A stretch of DNA of 64,000 bases from an uncultured virus (IMG/VR IMGVR_UViG_3300032668_000010) (IMGVR_UViG_3300032668_000010); one strand, 5' to 3'. Counted from the stretch's first letter, positions 45,096-54,707 are shown. Made by a program: numbers and translations. Notes: generated by a model not told the origin, from the letters alone.

Positions 45096-45120
45096 AAAAA
45101 ACCCGCCTAGTGCGGGTTTT
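45096..45120. terminator. Intrinsic terminator
   Basis: A-run-CCCGC-CTAGT-GCGGG-TTTT. Confidence 0.75.
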
Positions 45121-45487
45121 GTTTTATTATAGGTTTCACGTAAGCAACAGGAATAGTTTTTGCTCCGGATAACCAGTAAGCGCATAATCGATGCCTTCCT
45201 TCTACTACGTATAAAGTAGGATCATTGAATTTAACATATACAGGAAGAGAGAAGGGTATATTGGCTTTTATTGTTGATATCATACTCTCTACTTTTCTCT
45301 TCTCGCCGATTTGTTTCTTAAAATGACCCCATATTCCTTTTGCCTGCGGAATAAATTTATCAATTGGTTCAGATTTTAAGTCAATGTCAACATTGTCGGG
45401 TGTAGTAGAATAAAAAACCCATGCTGCATTGGTCAAATCATGTAGATTTGGTTGTGGTTGCAGACCTACAAATTCTTTAGCTCTCAT
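45107..45487 (-). CDS. ParB/Srx-like domain protein
   Basis: PVYV...VVEGRHRL.A...G.KTIPV. Confidence 0.7.
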   Translation of the reverse strand: MRAKEFVGLQPQPNLHDLTNAAWVFYSTTPDNVDIDLKSEPIDKFIPQAKGIWGHFKKQIGEKRKVESMISTIKANIPFSLPVYVKFNDPTLYVVEGRHRLCAYWLSGAKTIPVAYVKPIIKQNPH

Positions 45488-46467
45488 TTTGCACTCGCTA
45501 CAAACCTTAGGTCTCTGCTTGTGCTGCCCAACTCTTTTTTCATTTGTGGTCCGGCTTGTTTAACGTCAACACGGGCAACGTGTGTTTCTGGTTCGTCTTG
45601 AGTAGTTACATTTACCGGTTCGTCGGTCTTTGTATCAAATCCGTGTATGTTTAACTTGCGACCGTAACGACGTTCTAATTCTTGCCAAACACGATATCCA
45701 CCTGTACTTTGTTTGTTGTCTGACACCAGGGTCAAGCCACGATTTAAAATTAAGAAACCATATAGGTCTGCGGCACGGTACTGATTCTTAGGACCAGAGT
45801 AAACACCTTGGATGACAAAACTGTCGCGATTTGATTTGTACGGACGACCAGTTGTACCCAGCTGACTTGTGCGGGTGCGGGTATCAAATACATAGTAAGT
45901 AACAGTACCGCGATCTACCCAAGACCAAAGTTGATAGCCGTGTCCCATTTCTGCTACTAAGTCGCCCATATGACTAGACTCATCACCTTTGGGTATAGGC
46001 TTGCCATCATTAGGCATAACGTCTAAATGTTCACGTTTGCTTTTGGCAACGCTAGGCACTAACGTAACTTCTGCTACATTTTTAATACCAACGTAAGCCT
46101 TTATAGTAGGAATGCCTAATGCTTTTGCTACATTAGCTCTATGGTAACCATCTAAGATAAATCCATCACCAATAACAATAGGAGGTGCTTTACTAAAGTC
46201 CATTGTTTTATATTGTTCTACTTTAGACGAATCTAACTTAGGCAAATCTGTCTTAATAGAATTTACAGGAATATCTTTTAATTCAAATCCTGTAAAAGTA
46301 TTAGTAATATAATCAGTATAATCACTGTGTAAATTTGAATCGTGATATTTGCGAATATAACCAATAATATCTTCTGTAGAAACAGATTGACTTTCCATAA
46401 TACCAGTGCTACGACGTAGGCGTAGCTCGTCGCTGATTTCGTTTAGGAATAACTCAGATATTAACAT
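45484..46467 (-). CDS. ParB/Srx-like plus GNAT-like fusion protein
   Basis: PPIVI...ILDGYHRA..A..LG..TIKAY; AADLY.FL...LVSD.KQS.GG.RVW; likely start MLISEL. Confidence 0.65.
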   Translation of the reverse strand: MLISELFLNEISDELRLRRSTGIMESQSVSTEDIIGYIRKYHDSNLHSDYTDYITNTFTGFELKDIPVNSIKTDLPKLDSSKVEQYKTMDFSKAPPIVIGDGFILDGYHRANVAKALGIPTIKAYVGIKNVAEVTLVPSVAKSKREHLDVMPNDGKPIPKGDESSHMGDLVAEMGHGYQLWSWVDRGTVTYYVFDTRTRTSQLGTTGRPYKSNRDSFVIQGVYSGPKNQYRAADLYGFLILNRGLTLVSDNKQSTGGYRVWQELERRYGRKLNIHGFDTKTDEPVNVTTQDEPETHVARVDVKQAGPQMKKELGSTSRDLRFVASAK

Positions 46468-49262
46468 TACGTACTCATCTTTGCTCGACAACTAAACAAG
46501 CTAGGATCTTCTGCGCCGATACCACGTAACCAGGCCTGTGCTGTTGACCACGCACTGGTTTGGTCGTGGTCAGCAAAGGTGTGTACTACGTTTCCAGAAT
46601 CAAGCTCGTATACAATCCACAGTGGAACACCATTGGGTGCTGTTGCTTGTACAGGATCGCCTGAACGGTATTGTATATACGCATCATCTCTACCAGTCAA
46701 ATCATTCACATATCGTTTGGCATCTATTGCCAGGTCTCGTAACTGTGATGAATGCCCGGGCATGGTTGGCAAGAAACCATAGATCCTGTTATCACTGCCG
46801 CCACGTACTTCATAGTAGTCGCCAGTACTAGGACGTTGACTTAACATTCCCGCCGGCGGGGTAGTATTGTCTTGTTGCGGAGTACGATTTGCTACACGTT
46901 CTGCGCTGGCATCAGTTGGAACACTACTCATAGTAACTTCGCTACCACGTCTGCTTTCGATGCCTCGTTTAACTGCTTGCGCTTGAATCAACGTAATATC
47001 GTGAACTTGATCTATTAGATTACCGCTGCTATCTTTAAACTGCCAAGTGCGTGGAACAGTATTGGCATCGTTTGCATCTTTTGGTGTGTCTTTTTCGTTG
47101 TGCAGTTCTAAATCGTCTACACTATCAAAATCGTGTTGCTGTGCTACCTTGACCAATAGTTTCTGTGCTTCTTCACGACTGACATTCATAATAGTATCAA
47201 CCACACGGCCAGTTGGACGATAAACAACGTTCCAATTTGGTTTAGGTGCTTTGATACGTTTGGCTAGCTTTTCACGCTGACTCAACTCTGGTGCAGGTGC
47301 ATCTGGATCTGCTGGACGTAAGTTAAATCCAATACCTTCTTTGCTGTACTTGTCGTATACTGAATCAGCAGCTTCGCCTTTGGTAGCAAAGCCGTTTAGA
47401 GTTTCTAGTGTTTCACCTGTGTTGACATCGTAAACTTCCCAGTCGCCTGTGGCACTACGCATTGGACGTAAGGTGTATTCCTTCTGGAAACCTTCCATAC
47501 TACCGCCGGGACTGATTTTCTGTTTGGCACGTTCCCACGCATCGGATTTGGTATAACCGTTGTACTCTTGACCAACAACGGCCTTGCCTGTGGCATCCCA
47601 TAGTTTCCAATCGCCTTTGGGTTCGTTGCTTAGAGCTTTATCGGCCCAGCTCTTTTTAAGTTCTTCACTGCTGATAGCACCTGTGGCAAAACGTGCAAAT
47701 AAATCCAATGCAGGATCACCTTCTACTGGTGCAATAAGTTTGTACAACTTCTTGTAGTATTCTTTGCGTTCTAGATCGGGACGGCTGGCAATATACATAG
47801 CCTGTGCATAGCGCATCAGGGTATTTTGTAATTTAGCGATATCTTCAAAGTAGTTTGTACCACCAGCTGAGCGGAACTCGATATACTTGGCACCTTTACG
47901 TTTAGTAGGATCTGGACTAGTATTTGCACCTTGTGGGTTAATACTTGTATACTTGCCAAAGCCAGCATTGCTGATCTCTAGAGCCTTTTGTGCTAGTTCC
48001 AACAGGTTGTGCTTCATTAGTTCTAGCGCACCAGCTACAGCTTCTTTGTTGCCACGCACACGTGTCTTGATCTTTTTCATTGCGGCTTCGGCATAGTGAT
48101 TACTAGCACGACCAAATGATTCTAGCACGTGTTCATCACCTAAGAATAGTGCTAGTTTAACATAGTCAACATCGCCGCCCTTGTTAGGTAAACTAACGCC
48201 CATATGGAAGCCAGTTGATTCGTTAGAATAAGCACCATTGGACTCGGCCCATTCAAAGAACTGTTGCAACTTGGCTAAACATTCTTGTAAGGGCATAGGA
48301 GGACTAACAATCTCTACTGGCATGTTGTCCGAATCGTCTGCATCTAAACTTGAATCTGGTTCAAAAATCCAAGTTTCATCATCACGTGTAGCTGAATGAT
48401 ATCCACCGGACACTTTGGTTTTAACACCTAATTCTTTACTTAAACTATCAGCTAAACTGCGAGCATTATCTTCGCTGAATCCACCCTCACTGCTCTGACC
48501 AGTGTAAGTAATAACGGGCCACACCAATTGAAATTCACTAGCAATGTCACTCATCCAACGCAGGCCAACATCACCAAAGAAACTACTATCGTCATCGACA
48601 TAAAAATCATTGCGGAAGTCATCTAATGCTGAGTCGTAAGTGCCATCTTGTGCTTTAATACTGTCTTGAACTAGTTCGTCTAGTAGGCCTTCTGCTTCTT
48701 CGCGAGCATTAATATAGTTTGCATAGGCTTTGTTTGTTTTCATTGCCTCACGTTGTTCAACGGAGCTATTAAATTGAGGAGCCTCACTACCTTGTATCAA
48801 GGCATCGCTAACTTCATCTTCGGACAGATCCATCAACTCTAACTGTTTACGAGTTTCGTCATCCCAATCAAAATCATCTTCTTCGATAATTTTTTTAATT
48901 AAATCTTCTTGCTCATCACGGAAAGCATCGTACATTTTCTCGTCGACCCATTCCATATACTTTTCATCTAGCCCTTCTTGTAACTTATCCAAGTCTCGGC
49001 CATATGTAGCATAACCGTACTCGTCGTTACCGAAAAAGTTTATAACATCATCGATGCTATTGCAACGCTCGTCAGCATCATAATCGGGTTCGGGATCTTC
49101 ATCGTAATCGGCTTCACCGCCTTGTCCGGTAAACACAAGTTCTGCTTCAAATCCGGCCATGATGCCTTCTGCTTCGGGGCTACTAGCAAACTGCTGTAAC
49201 GAACGAGGATTCATGCGAAGCTCGTCTAATTGTTGTTCGGAAAGTAGGTCTTTATATCTCAT
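46467..49262 (-). CDS. Putative amidoligase (COOH-NH2 ligase-like) with C-terminal repeats
   Basis: GFEAEL, EPDSSL, EIVSPP, NESTGFHM, KYTSIN, YIEFRSAGG. Confidence 0.75.
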   Translation of the reverse strand: MRYKDLLSEQQLDELRMNPRSLQQFASSPEAEGIMAGFEAELVFTGQGGEADYDEDPEPDYDADERCNSIDDVINFFGNDEYGYATYGRDLDKLQEGLDEKYMEWVDEKMYDAFRDEQEDLIKKIIEEDDFDWDDETRKQLELMDLSEDEVSDALIQGSEAPQFNSSVEQREAMKTNKAYANYINAREEAEGLLDELVQDSIKAQDGTYDSALDDFRNDFYVDDDSSFFGDVGLRWMSDIASEFQLVWPVITYTGQSSEGGFSEDNARSLADSLSKELGVKTKVSGGYHSATRDDETWIFEPDSSLDADDSDNMPVEIVSPPMPLQECLAKLQQFFEWAESNGAYSNESTGFHMGVSLPNKGGDVDYVKLALFLGDEHVLESFGRASNHYAEAAMKKIKTRVRGNKEAVAGALELMKHNLLELAQKALEISNAGFGKYTSINPQGANTSPDPTKRKGAKYIEFRSAGGTNYFEDIAKLQNTLMRYAQAMYIASRPDLERKEYYKKLYKLIAPVEGDPALDLFARFATGAISSEELKKSWADKALSNEPKGDWKLWDATGKAVVGQEYNGYTKSDAWERAKQKISPGGSMEGFQKEYTLRPMRSATGDWEVYDVNTGETLETLNGFATKGEAADSVYDKYSKEGIGFNLRPADPDAPAPELSQREKLAKRIKAPKPNWNVVYRPTGRVVDTIMNVSREEAQKLLVKVAQQHDFDSVDDLELHNEKDTPKDANDANTVPRTWQFKDSSGNLIDQVHDITLIQAQAVKRGIESRRGSEVTMSSVPTDASAERVANRTPQQDNTTPPAGMLSQRPSTGDYYEVRGGSDNRIYGFLPTMPGHSSQLRDLAIDAKRYVNDLTGRDDAYIQYRSGDPVQATAPNGVPLWIVYELDSGNVVHTFADHDQTSAWSTAQAWLRGIGAEDPSLFSCRAKMST

Positions 49263-49328
49263 AATCAGTCATAAAAATAGGGTAGATTTAGTCTACCCTA
49301 GTATTTATCATGCTACAGTCTTAGATGA

Positions 49329-50162
49329 TTAATCTGCGTCTGCGTTGGCACCGCATTTGGCACGTTTAGCGTTGGTTAATGCACCAAAGTTAACTGGCCA
49401 TTCTTTACCTGGTTGTAGTTCAACACCGCCTGGTGGCAATGCAAACTGTACTCCAGCGTCTTGCATAATAGTAGCAACAGGCACACGGAACTTGGTTAAG
49501 TCATTGCCCAAGTTTGGATATGGTGCTGTGTGTGGGAATCCCCATCCAGCGTACTGTTTAGTTTGGTTATCAATAACAATCTTGTAAAAGCCATGTGGTA
49601 CAACTACGCCTTTACCAATTGTTTTGTCGCCTGGGCCATATAAACCGCCAGCAATAACTGTAAATGAGTTGTTGCCTTGTACTGCCCAACCACGTACACT
49701 AGTTTCTAATAGTTTCCAGATACCACGGTTCAAACTACCTGCTTGTGGACTCATGTTAGTCATTAGGAATGATTCAAATTCAACCTGTGTGTCCCATGAT
49801 AAGTCACCATCGGGTGCCATATGGCCTTTGTCGTAACCTGTGCCAGCATAGTCGCCAGGAACAGCGCCATTTTGAACAAATTGATTTGGAGCAAATGCGT
49901 TAGTACGAGCAACACAACCTAATGCGTTTTGTGGTAATAGTTCATACATTACATAGTTAGGTAACTTGGCAGCCGCATCGTAACCTACCAAATATGCTTG
50001 TTGGCAAATTGGTTGTAGTTGACGTTGAGTCTGTGGGAAACCGTAGGGTGCGTGTACCGCACATTGAGCTGGTGGAAACGGCTGACGCTGTGTCCACGCA
50101 CTAGCTTGAGTACTTGCTAGAGCTGTTACTGCAAATGCCAAAATGGCTAATAGTTTTTTCAT
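49329..50162 (-). CDS. Secreted DNA/RNA non-specific endonuclease (NucA/EndoG family)
   Basis: Signal peptide; YDKGHMAP, NMSPQ..LNRG.W..LE. Confidence 0.9.
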   Translation of the reverse strand: MKKLLAILAFAVTALASTQASAWTQRQPFPPAQCAVHAPYGFPQTQRQLQPICQQAYLVGYDAAAKLPNYVMYELLPQNALGCVARTNAFAPNQFVQNGAVPGDYAGTGYDKGHMAPDGDLSWDTQVEFESFLMTNMSPQAGSLNRGIWKLLETSVRGWAVQGNNSFTVIAGGLYGPGDKTIGKGVVVPHGFYKIVIDNQTKQYAGWGFPHTAPYPNLGNDLTKFRVPVATIMQDAGVQFALPPGGVELQPGKEWPVNFGALTNAKRAKCGANADAD

Positions 50163-50183
50163 TATTGAAAATCTCCTTGTAAT

Positions 50184-51113
50184 TTATTTAGTGTGTGGTA
50201 CCAACGCAGGTATGGTTTCTATTCCACGTGCTCTTGCGGCTGTAACTCTGTGGTTTCCGTCAAGTACCCAGCCCTCTGCATCTGCTACTACAGGGCGATT
50301 CTTAATGTCGCTTGGGGTGATGTTTTCAACGTGATCCCAGTCAATGTCAATGACACGACGGTAAGGGTCATCTTGATGTACATATTCAGGAGTTTTTAAA
50401 TCTGCCACGGGTATATTTTTTAATAACCAAACTTTATGTGCTAAGATAGGTTTAGGCATATGGTATTCATCATGTATGCCTTGTACATACTTTAACACCT
50501 GACGACTAGTATACATACCACCTTTACGTGACACATCAATTAATTCTTCATCTTCTGACACTTCTAATTTCTTAGGTTCTATCTTGCCGGCAAGTGCTTT
50601 TGATAATTGATGTAAGGTATGTTTATAATCTTTGTCTTTGTGCAATATACCAATACCACCATTGGCTTCCCAAAGTTTGATGTTGGTATCCCAGTCATCT
50701 ATTAAGATGTTGGGCGTGCCGTTGGCCTGGCGAGCAAATTTAAACTTTTCGTGATCAAATATAATTGCTTGCGGTTGATGTGCTCTTAGATATTTCTTTA
50801 ACCAATCAGATTTTCCCTCTGAACTATCCTCAACATTACTCATTAAGGGGCTACTCAAAATACTATACTTGTCTGTTAATTTTAAAATACCTGTCATTAA
50901 GCGTCCAGCATTTGGTAAGGGCGGTAGCTCTGCAAAAAAGCCAGGCTTCTTTGCAATTTGATCGACCCCTAATTCTTTACGGTGTATTTCGCGCCAGTAT
51001 GCAACATCGTGCGCTTGTGCAACTTCGCCAAAGAAATCGGCTAGGACGCCGTCCATATCAACATAGATTATGGGACGGGTTTCGTATTTGGATTTAAACT
51101 CTGTTGACCTCAT
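50184..51113 (-). CDS. HAD 5'-nucleotidase fused to a ParB/Srx-like domain
   Basis: YVDMDGVLADF, ILIDD; C-terminal PVV...VLDGNHRV.AA...G..TIP. Confidence 0.8.
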   Translation of the reverse strand: MRSTEFKSKYETRPIIYVDMDGVLADFFGEVAQAHDVAYWREIHRKELGVDQIAKKPGFFAELPPLPNAGRLMTGILKLTDKYSILSSPLMSNVEDSSEGKSDWLKKYLRAHQPQAIIFDHEKFKFARQANGTPNILIDDWDTNIKLWEANGGIGILHKDKDYKHTLHQLSKALAGKIEPKKLEVSEDEELIDVSRKGGMYTSRQVLKYVQGIHDEYHMPKPILAHKVWLLKNIPVADLKTPEYVHQDDPYRRVIDIDWDHVENITPSDIKNRPVVADAEGWVLDGNHRVTAARARGIETIPALVPHTK

Positions 51114-51139
51114 AGTGTATTTATGAGGTAGTATCTTGC

Positions 51140-51694
51140 CTAGCCGTATAATTCCTGGTACCAGGATAAGTTCTTTTGCAAGAACATATGGTACATATTA
51201 CGCTGTTTAATGCAGATCTCTTTGTTAATAGTGATCCAGTCTGCAGGTGCTAGTTTAACTTCTACTTCACTATCACCGTAGCAGTTTTTAGTTTCTAGCC
51301 CATGCTTATGACATAAGTGTTGTATGGGCTTGTTCCACCCTAAACAATGCATATAAAGCTCTTTATATCTGCGGTTTCGTGCCCAGAATATGGCCTCTTC
51401 TAGCATGGTGCCAGCAATGCCCTGTCCGCGGAAGTCTTCGTGTACAATGACACCAAACTCCACAGCACGATTGCTTATTGCAATATGAATAGTACCAGCC
51501 CAACGATTACCTTCTCGAGCTACCAGGAAGTAGTGTTCGTCTGGATTGCCAATGATACGATCCATTAGGCTATCAATAACATACTGACTGCCTGCTACGC
51601 CAAAATATAACTGACGAGTTTCTTCGTCCTGAATTAATAACCAGTCGCGATACTGTGAGTAGTCTTTAACGGGTAAAAATTCAGTAATGATCAT
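51140..51694 (-). CDS. GNAT acetyltransferase
   Basis: EFGVIVHEDFRGQGIA; N....L..KHG. Confidence 0.85.
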   Translation of the reverse strand: MIITEFLPVKDYSQYRDWLLIQDEETRQLYFGVAGSQYVIDSLMDRIIGNPDEHYFLVAREGNRWAGTIHIAISNRAVEFGVIVHEDFRGQGIAGTMLEEAIFWARNRRYKELYMHCLGWNKPIQHLCHKHGLETKNCYGDSEVEVKLAPADWITINKEICIKQRNMYHMFLQKNLSWYQELYG

Positions 51695-51695
51695 T

Positions 51696-51788
51696 TTAGT
51701 ACCACTGTCCATTGACCATACGTGCTTTAACTGTACGAGTACGTGCTTCTACCCAGGCCGCATATAGTTCTTTTAAAAATTCACGCAT
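51696..51788 (-). CDS. 30-aa peptide (not in ORF track)
   Basis: MREFLKELYAAWVEARTRTVKARMVNGQWY*; TAATG-coupled. Confidence 0.45.
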   Translation of the reverse strand: MREFLKELYAAWVEARTRTVKARMVNGQWY

Positions 51789-51928
51789 TATAAACCTCTG
51801 AATTCAAAATACTTTTGCCAATATTCTGCATCGGCATGTGTTTTTGGTTCTTTAGCTGTTACAAACTGTTCTAAGGCGCTTGGTTGTGTTACAAAAAACT
51901 TGGTAAGTTCTTTTAATAGTTTTGACAT
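51788..51928 (-). CDS. Small protein, DUF3563-like (not in ORF track)
   Basis: SALEQFVTAKEPKTHADAEYWQKYFE; SD GAGGAG. Confidence 0.5.
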   Translation of the reverse strand: MSKLLKELTKFFVTQPSALEQFVTAKEPKTHADAEYWQKYFEFRGL

Positions 51929-52003
51929 TTTGTGTCTCCTCATGGTTTCTACTTAGTATTAAGTATAAACTTATTTATCATGCAGAGCAACATTTATTCA
52001 AAA

Positions 52004-52258
52004 TTATTTTACCGGTTTAAGTAACCATCCCTGTCCAGAATGTTCATGTAGCCACGAGTAGAATGGTGCAGGAATGTTTAGGATACCGTTGTTGTGTGCT
52101 AGATATTGATATTTGGGCAGTATTTCGTAACCGTTTATTGTAGTCGGCTGTGTACTATCTAATGTTATGGTATCAAATAATCCCGCACTAGTTTCTATTC
52201 CATCTATTAGAATAGTTAGTTGAGTCTTAGTAGCCAGCAGATCTGAGTAGTTCTTCAT
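52004..52258 (-). CDS. Hypothetical protein
   Basis: Overlaps radical SAM end; PFYSWLH..GQGWLL.P. Confidence 0.55.
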   Translation of the reverse strand: MKNYSDLLATKTQLTILIDGIETSAGLFDTITLDSTQPTTINGYEILPKYQYLAHNNGILNIPAPFYSWLHEHSGQGWLLKPVK

Positions 52259-53501
52259 ATTCGGGTAAGTACCTTAGGATGCCATTGTTTCTACTGGCTT
52301 CTAATAATTTAATGTAGTCAACAAGAGCAGGCAGTCTAAATGATTCGTCTGGTTGATTTTCCAAGTAATCTATATAACTACGAGCATCTTGGATAATCTG
52401 TTGCTGGGCAACTGCGGGATGTCTGGTGTTTATAATTTGTTCAGTGTTTGTGCTATCGTATCTATTGATCCAGCTAGATAATCTTTCTATCACCTGCGGT
52501 CTAACTGCCATGGGCAGTACACTAGGACGCATAAATGCTGGGTCGTTTAAAAAATTACAACTCTCAACAGCTATATTATGATTATAAGCATATTCGTATA
52601 CAGTATCAAGATGCCATATAGTAAAGATAGTTGGAGTAATTCTTAACTGCACTAACCAGCTGGATTCCTGTGCAATTTCTATCCACTGCTCCATGATTTT
52701 AACAGAGTCGTCGATATTGCCGCCATATCTAACGTAATCGTTTAATGGATGAATACATTCAATACTCATGCCAAGATTAACCTGCTCAAACTGTTTGAGT
52801 AAATCAACTATACTTTGATCCCATACAGTAAGGTTAGTAGTAAACCCCACTGTAATTGTTTTATGCAAATTTTCTTCTATTAGAGTTTCTAATATTCGTT
52901 TAAAGCCGGGAGTGATTAATGTTTCACCGCCGATAAAGTGTAGGTATTTAATTGTTGTACTTGCTCGTAATGCATCAAGGAAGGTATTGAACTTGGCTGG
53001 ATCTTCGCACCAGCTGGCACGCGGAGTTTGGTCAATTATTCCTATGCGTTTAAATTCTGATGCCAACTTGCTACTACTTGCTGGGTCACAGAATATACAA
53101 GCACTATTACAAAAGTTGCCTAGGTCAATTTGCCAGTCTTGCGGAGTTTGCTTTGTGACTGTATTTTTAAATTCATCAACCCAGGGACTTGATAACATGG
53201 TGTTAGTGAAGTCATTCAATTGAACACCAGTTTTAAGTAATTGTTTTTGACGACCACTTACTTTACCGTGCGCTTCCATTTGATAACATTCTGTACAACC
53301 TAACAATTTTTCCCCACGTAACATAGACTCACGTACAGGAGCCATACCTTGTTGGAAAAACTCTAACGGAGCTGTGTCAGCAATGCTGGGCAAACTTGTT
53401 CTGTCCTGCTTGGTTGCCCAACGACAATATTCATAATGCCCAGAGTTATTGATTCTCATATGGAACCAAGGGCTCGGGCAAAATGAATCTTTAAATGTCA
53501 T
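52227..53501 (-). CDS. Radical SAM protein with N-terminal Cys cluster
   Basis: CNSACIFC; HFIGGE; FCPSPW..C..CTEC. Confidence 0.9.
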   Translation of the reverse strand: MTFKDSFCPSPWFHMRINNSGHYEYCRWATKQDRTSLPSIADTAPLEFFQQGMAPVRESMLRGEKLLGCTECYQMEAHGKVSGRQKQLLKTGVQLNDFTNTMLSSPWVDEFKNTVTKQTPQDWQIDLGNFCNSACIFCDPASSSKLASEFKRIGIIDQTPRASWCEDPAKFNTFLDALRASTTIKYLHFIGGETLITPGFKRILETLIEENLHKTITVGFTTNLTVWDQSIVDLLKQFEQVNLGMSIECIHPLNDYVRYGGNIDDSVKIMEQWIEIAQESSWLVQLRITPTIFTIWHLDTVYEYAYNHNIAVESCNFLNDPAFMRPSVLPMAVRPQVIERLSSWINRYDSTNTEQIINTRHPAVAQQQIIQDARSYIDYLENQPDESFRLPALVDYIKLLEASRNNGILRYLPEYEELLRSAGY

Positions 53502-54118
53502 CGTTTAGTAACAACCTCGTCTGCAAGTCCATATGCAACTGCTTCTTCCGCTGACAGGAATGTGTCAAACTTCATAGCTTCGTAAAGTTCATCATACTCT
53601 TTGCCTGCGGTGTTGTGACGTGCATACAGTTCAGTTAGACGTTTATTAATACGAACGCTTTCTTCGAATGTACGCTTTGCATCTTCGAACTGCAAGTCTT
53701 GTACGTGTACACTACCACGTGTACCTGGAGTACCTGAACTAACACGATGGATCATTGTGCGTGATTCTGGAAGAACTATTCGCTTACCTGCGGTGCCTGC
53801 CTGTGCAAGGAAGCTACCCATGGAGCAGGCCTGTCCTAATACTATAGTGGATACATCAGGTTTGATAAACTGCATTGTATCGTAGATAGCTAGGCCTGCT
53901 GTAACGCTGCCACCAGGGCTGTTGATGTAGAATAATATGTCCGCATCTGGATTTTCACTTTCTAAAAATAACATCTGGGCAACAATTAAACTAGAACTGT
54001 GTTCGTTTACGTCTGTGTCCAGCATAACAATACGGTCACGCAACAAACGACTATAGATGTCGTAAGCACGTTCGCCATTGGCAGTTTTTTCCAGAACGGT
54101 AGGTACAAAATTAGGCAT
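53498..54118 (-). CDS. clpP: ClpP protease subunit
   Basis: DIYSRLL.DRI, YINSPGGSV.AG.AIYDTM, ACSMG, MIH, A..YGL.D. Confidence 0.95.
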   Translation of the reverse strand: MPNFVPTVLEKTANGERAYDIYSRLLRDRIVMLDTDVNEHSSSLIVAQMLFLESENPDADILFYINSPGGSVTAGLAIYDTMQFIKPDVSTIVLGQACSMGSFLAQAGTAGKRIVLPESRTMIHRVSSGTPGTRGSVHVQDLQFEDAKRTFEESVRINKRLTELYARHNTAGKEYDELYEAMKFDTFLSAEEAVAYGLADEVVTKR

Positions 54119-54171
54119 AACTTTCCTTAGTTGAATTGATTGTTTATTGTAACAGAAAAGCTATTGTGTGT

Positions 54172-54660
54172 CTAGCACTTTGTAAAGTCTTGATGTTTAA
54201 ACCAACGCTTCTGACCGTGTGCTGTTTTTAAGTTAAGTCCATAGTATTCAAAGCGTTCGCGGAACATAAAGAAATCTGGACCATGTGCGCCACTGTGTTT
54301 ATCCATGATACCGCCACATGCTTCAAAACGGTGTATGTCCCATTGGTACTGGTGAACCATTTCGTGTGCCAGGGTTTGCAAGAACCATTGTTGGCAAAAC
54401 CATTTATCCATGATTTTAATAGTGCAGTAACTACCGGTATGGTCATAGTCGTTTTCCCATTGGCAAAATCCCCAGGTCTGTCGACGTACACCCTGTTCTA
54501 TTTCGGGCTTGCGTAAACGGTTATCAAACAGGTAACGATTGCAGATATTATATGCGTAGTTTATATCTGCGTAGCTAGGGCGGAACTGTAAACGTCGCTG
54601 GTACGTTATACTGGGAAGTTCTGCTTCCATTAATGCACGGATTGGATTCGGTCTAGCCAT
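54172..54660 (-). CDS. SprT-like metalloprotease
   Basis: TLAHEMVH..Q; HGPDF. Confidence 0.8.
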   Translation of the reverse strand: MARPNPIRALMEAELPSITYQRRLQFRPSYADINYAYNICNRYLFDNRLRKPEIEQGVRRQTWGFCQWENDYDHTGSYCTIKIMDKWFCQQWFLQTLAHEMVHQYQWDIHRFEACGGIMDKHSGAHGPDFFMFRERFEYYGLNLKTAHGQKRWFKHQDFTKC

Positions 54661-54663
54661 TGA

Positions 54664-54707
54664 AATGCCCTCGCTCAAGTATTTATATAATACTCCTGGA
54701 GGGCATT
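54664..54707 (-). promoter_or_regulatory. TATAAATA late promoter inside an RBS-occluding hairpin
   Basis: AATGCCCTC...TATAAATA...GAGGGCATT-TCA-ATG. Confidence 0.75.
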
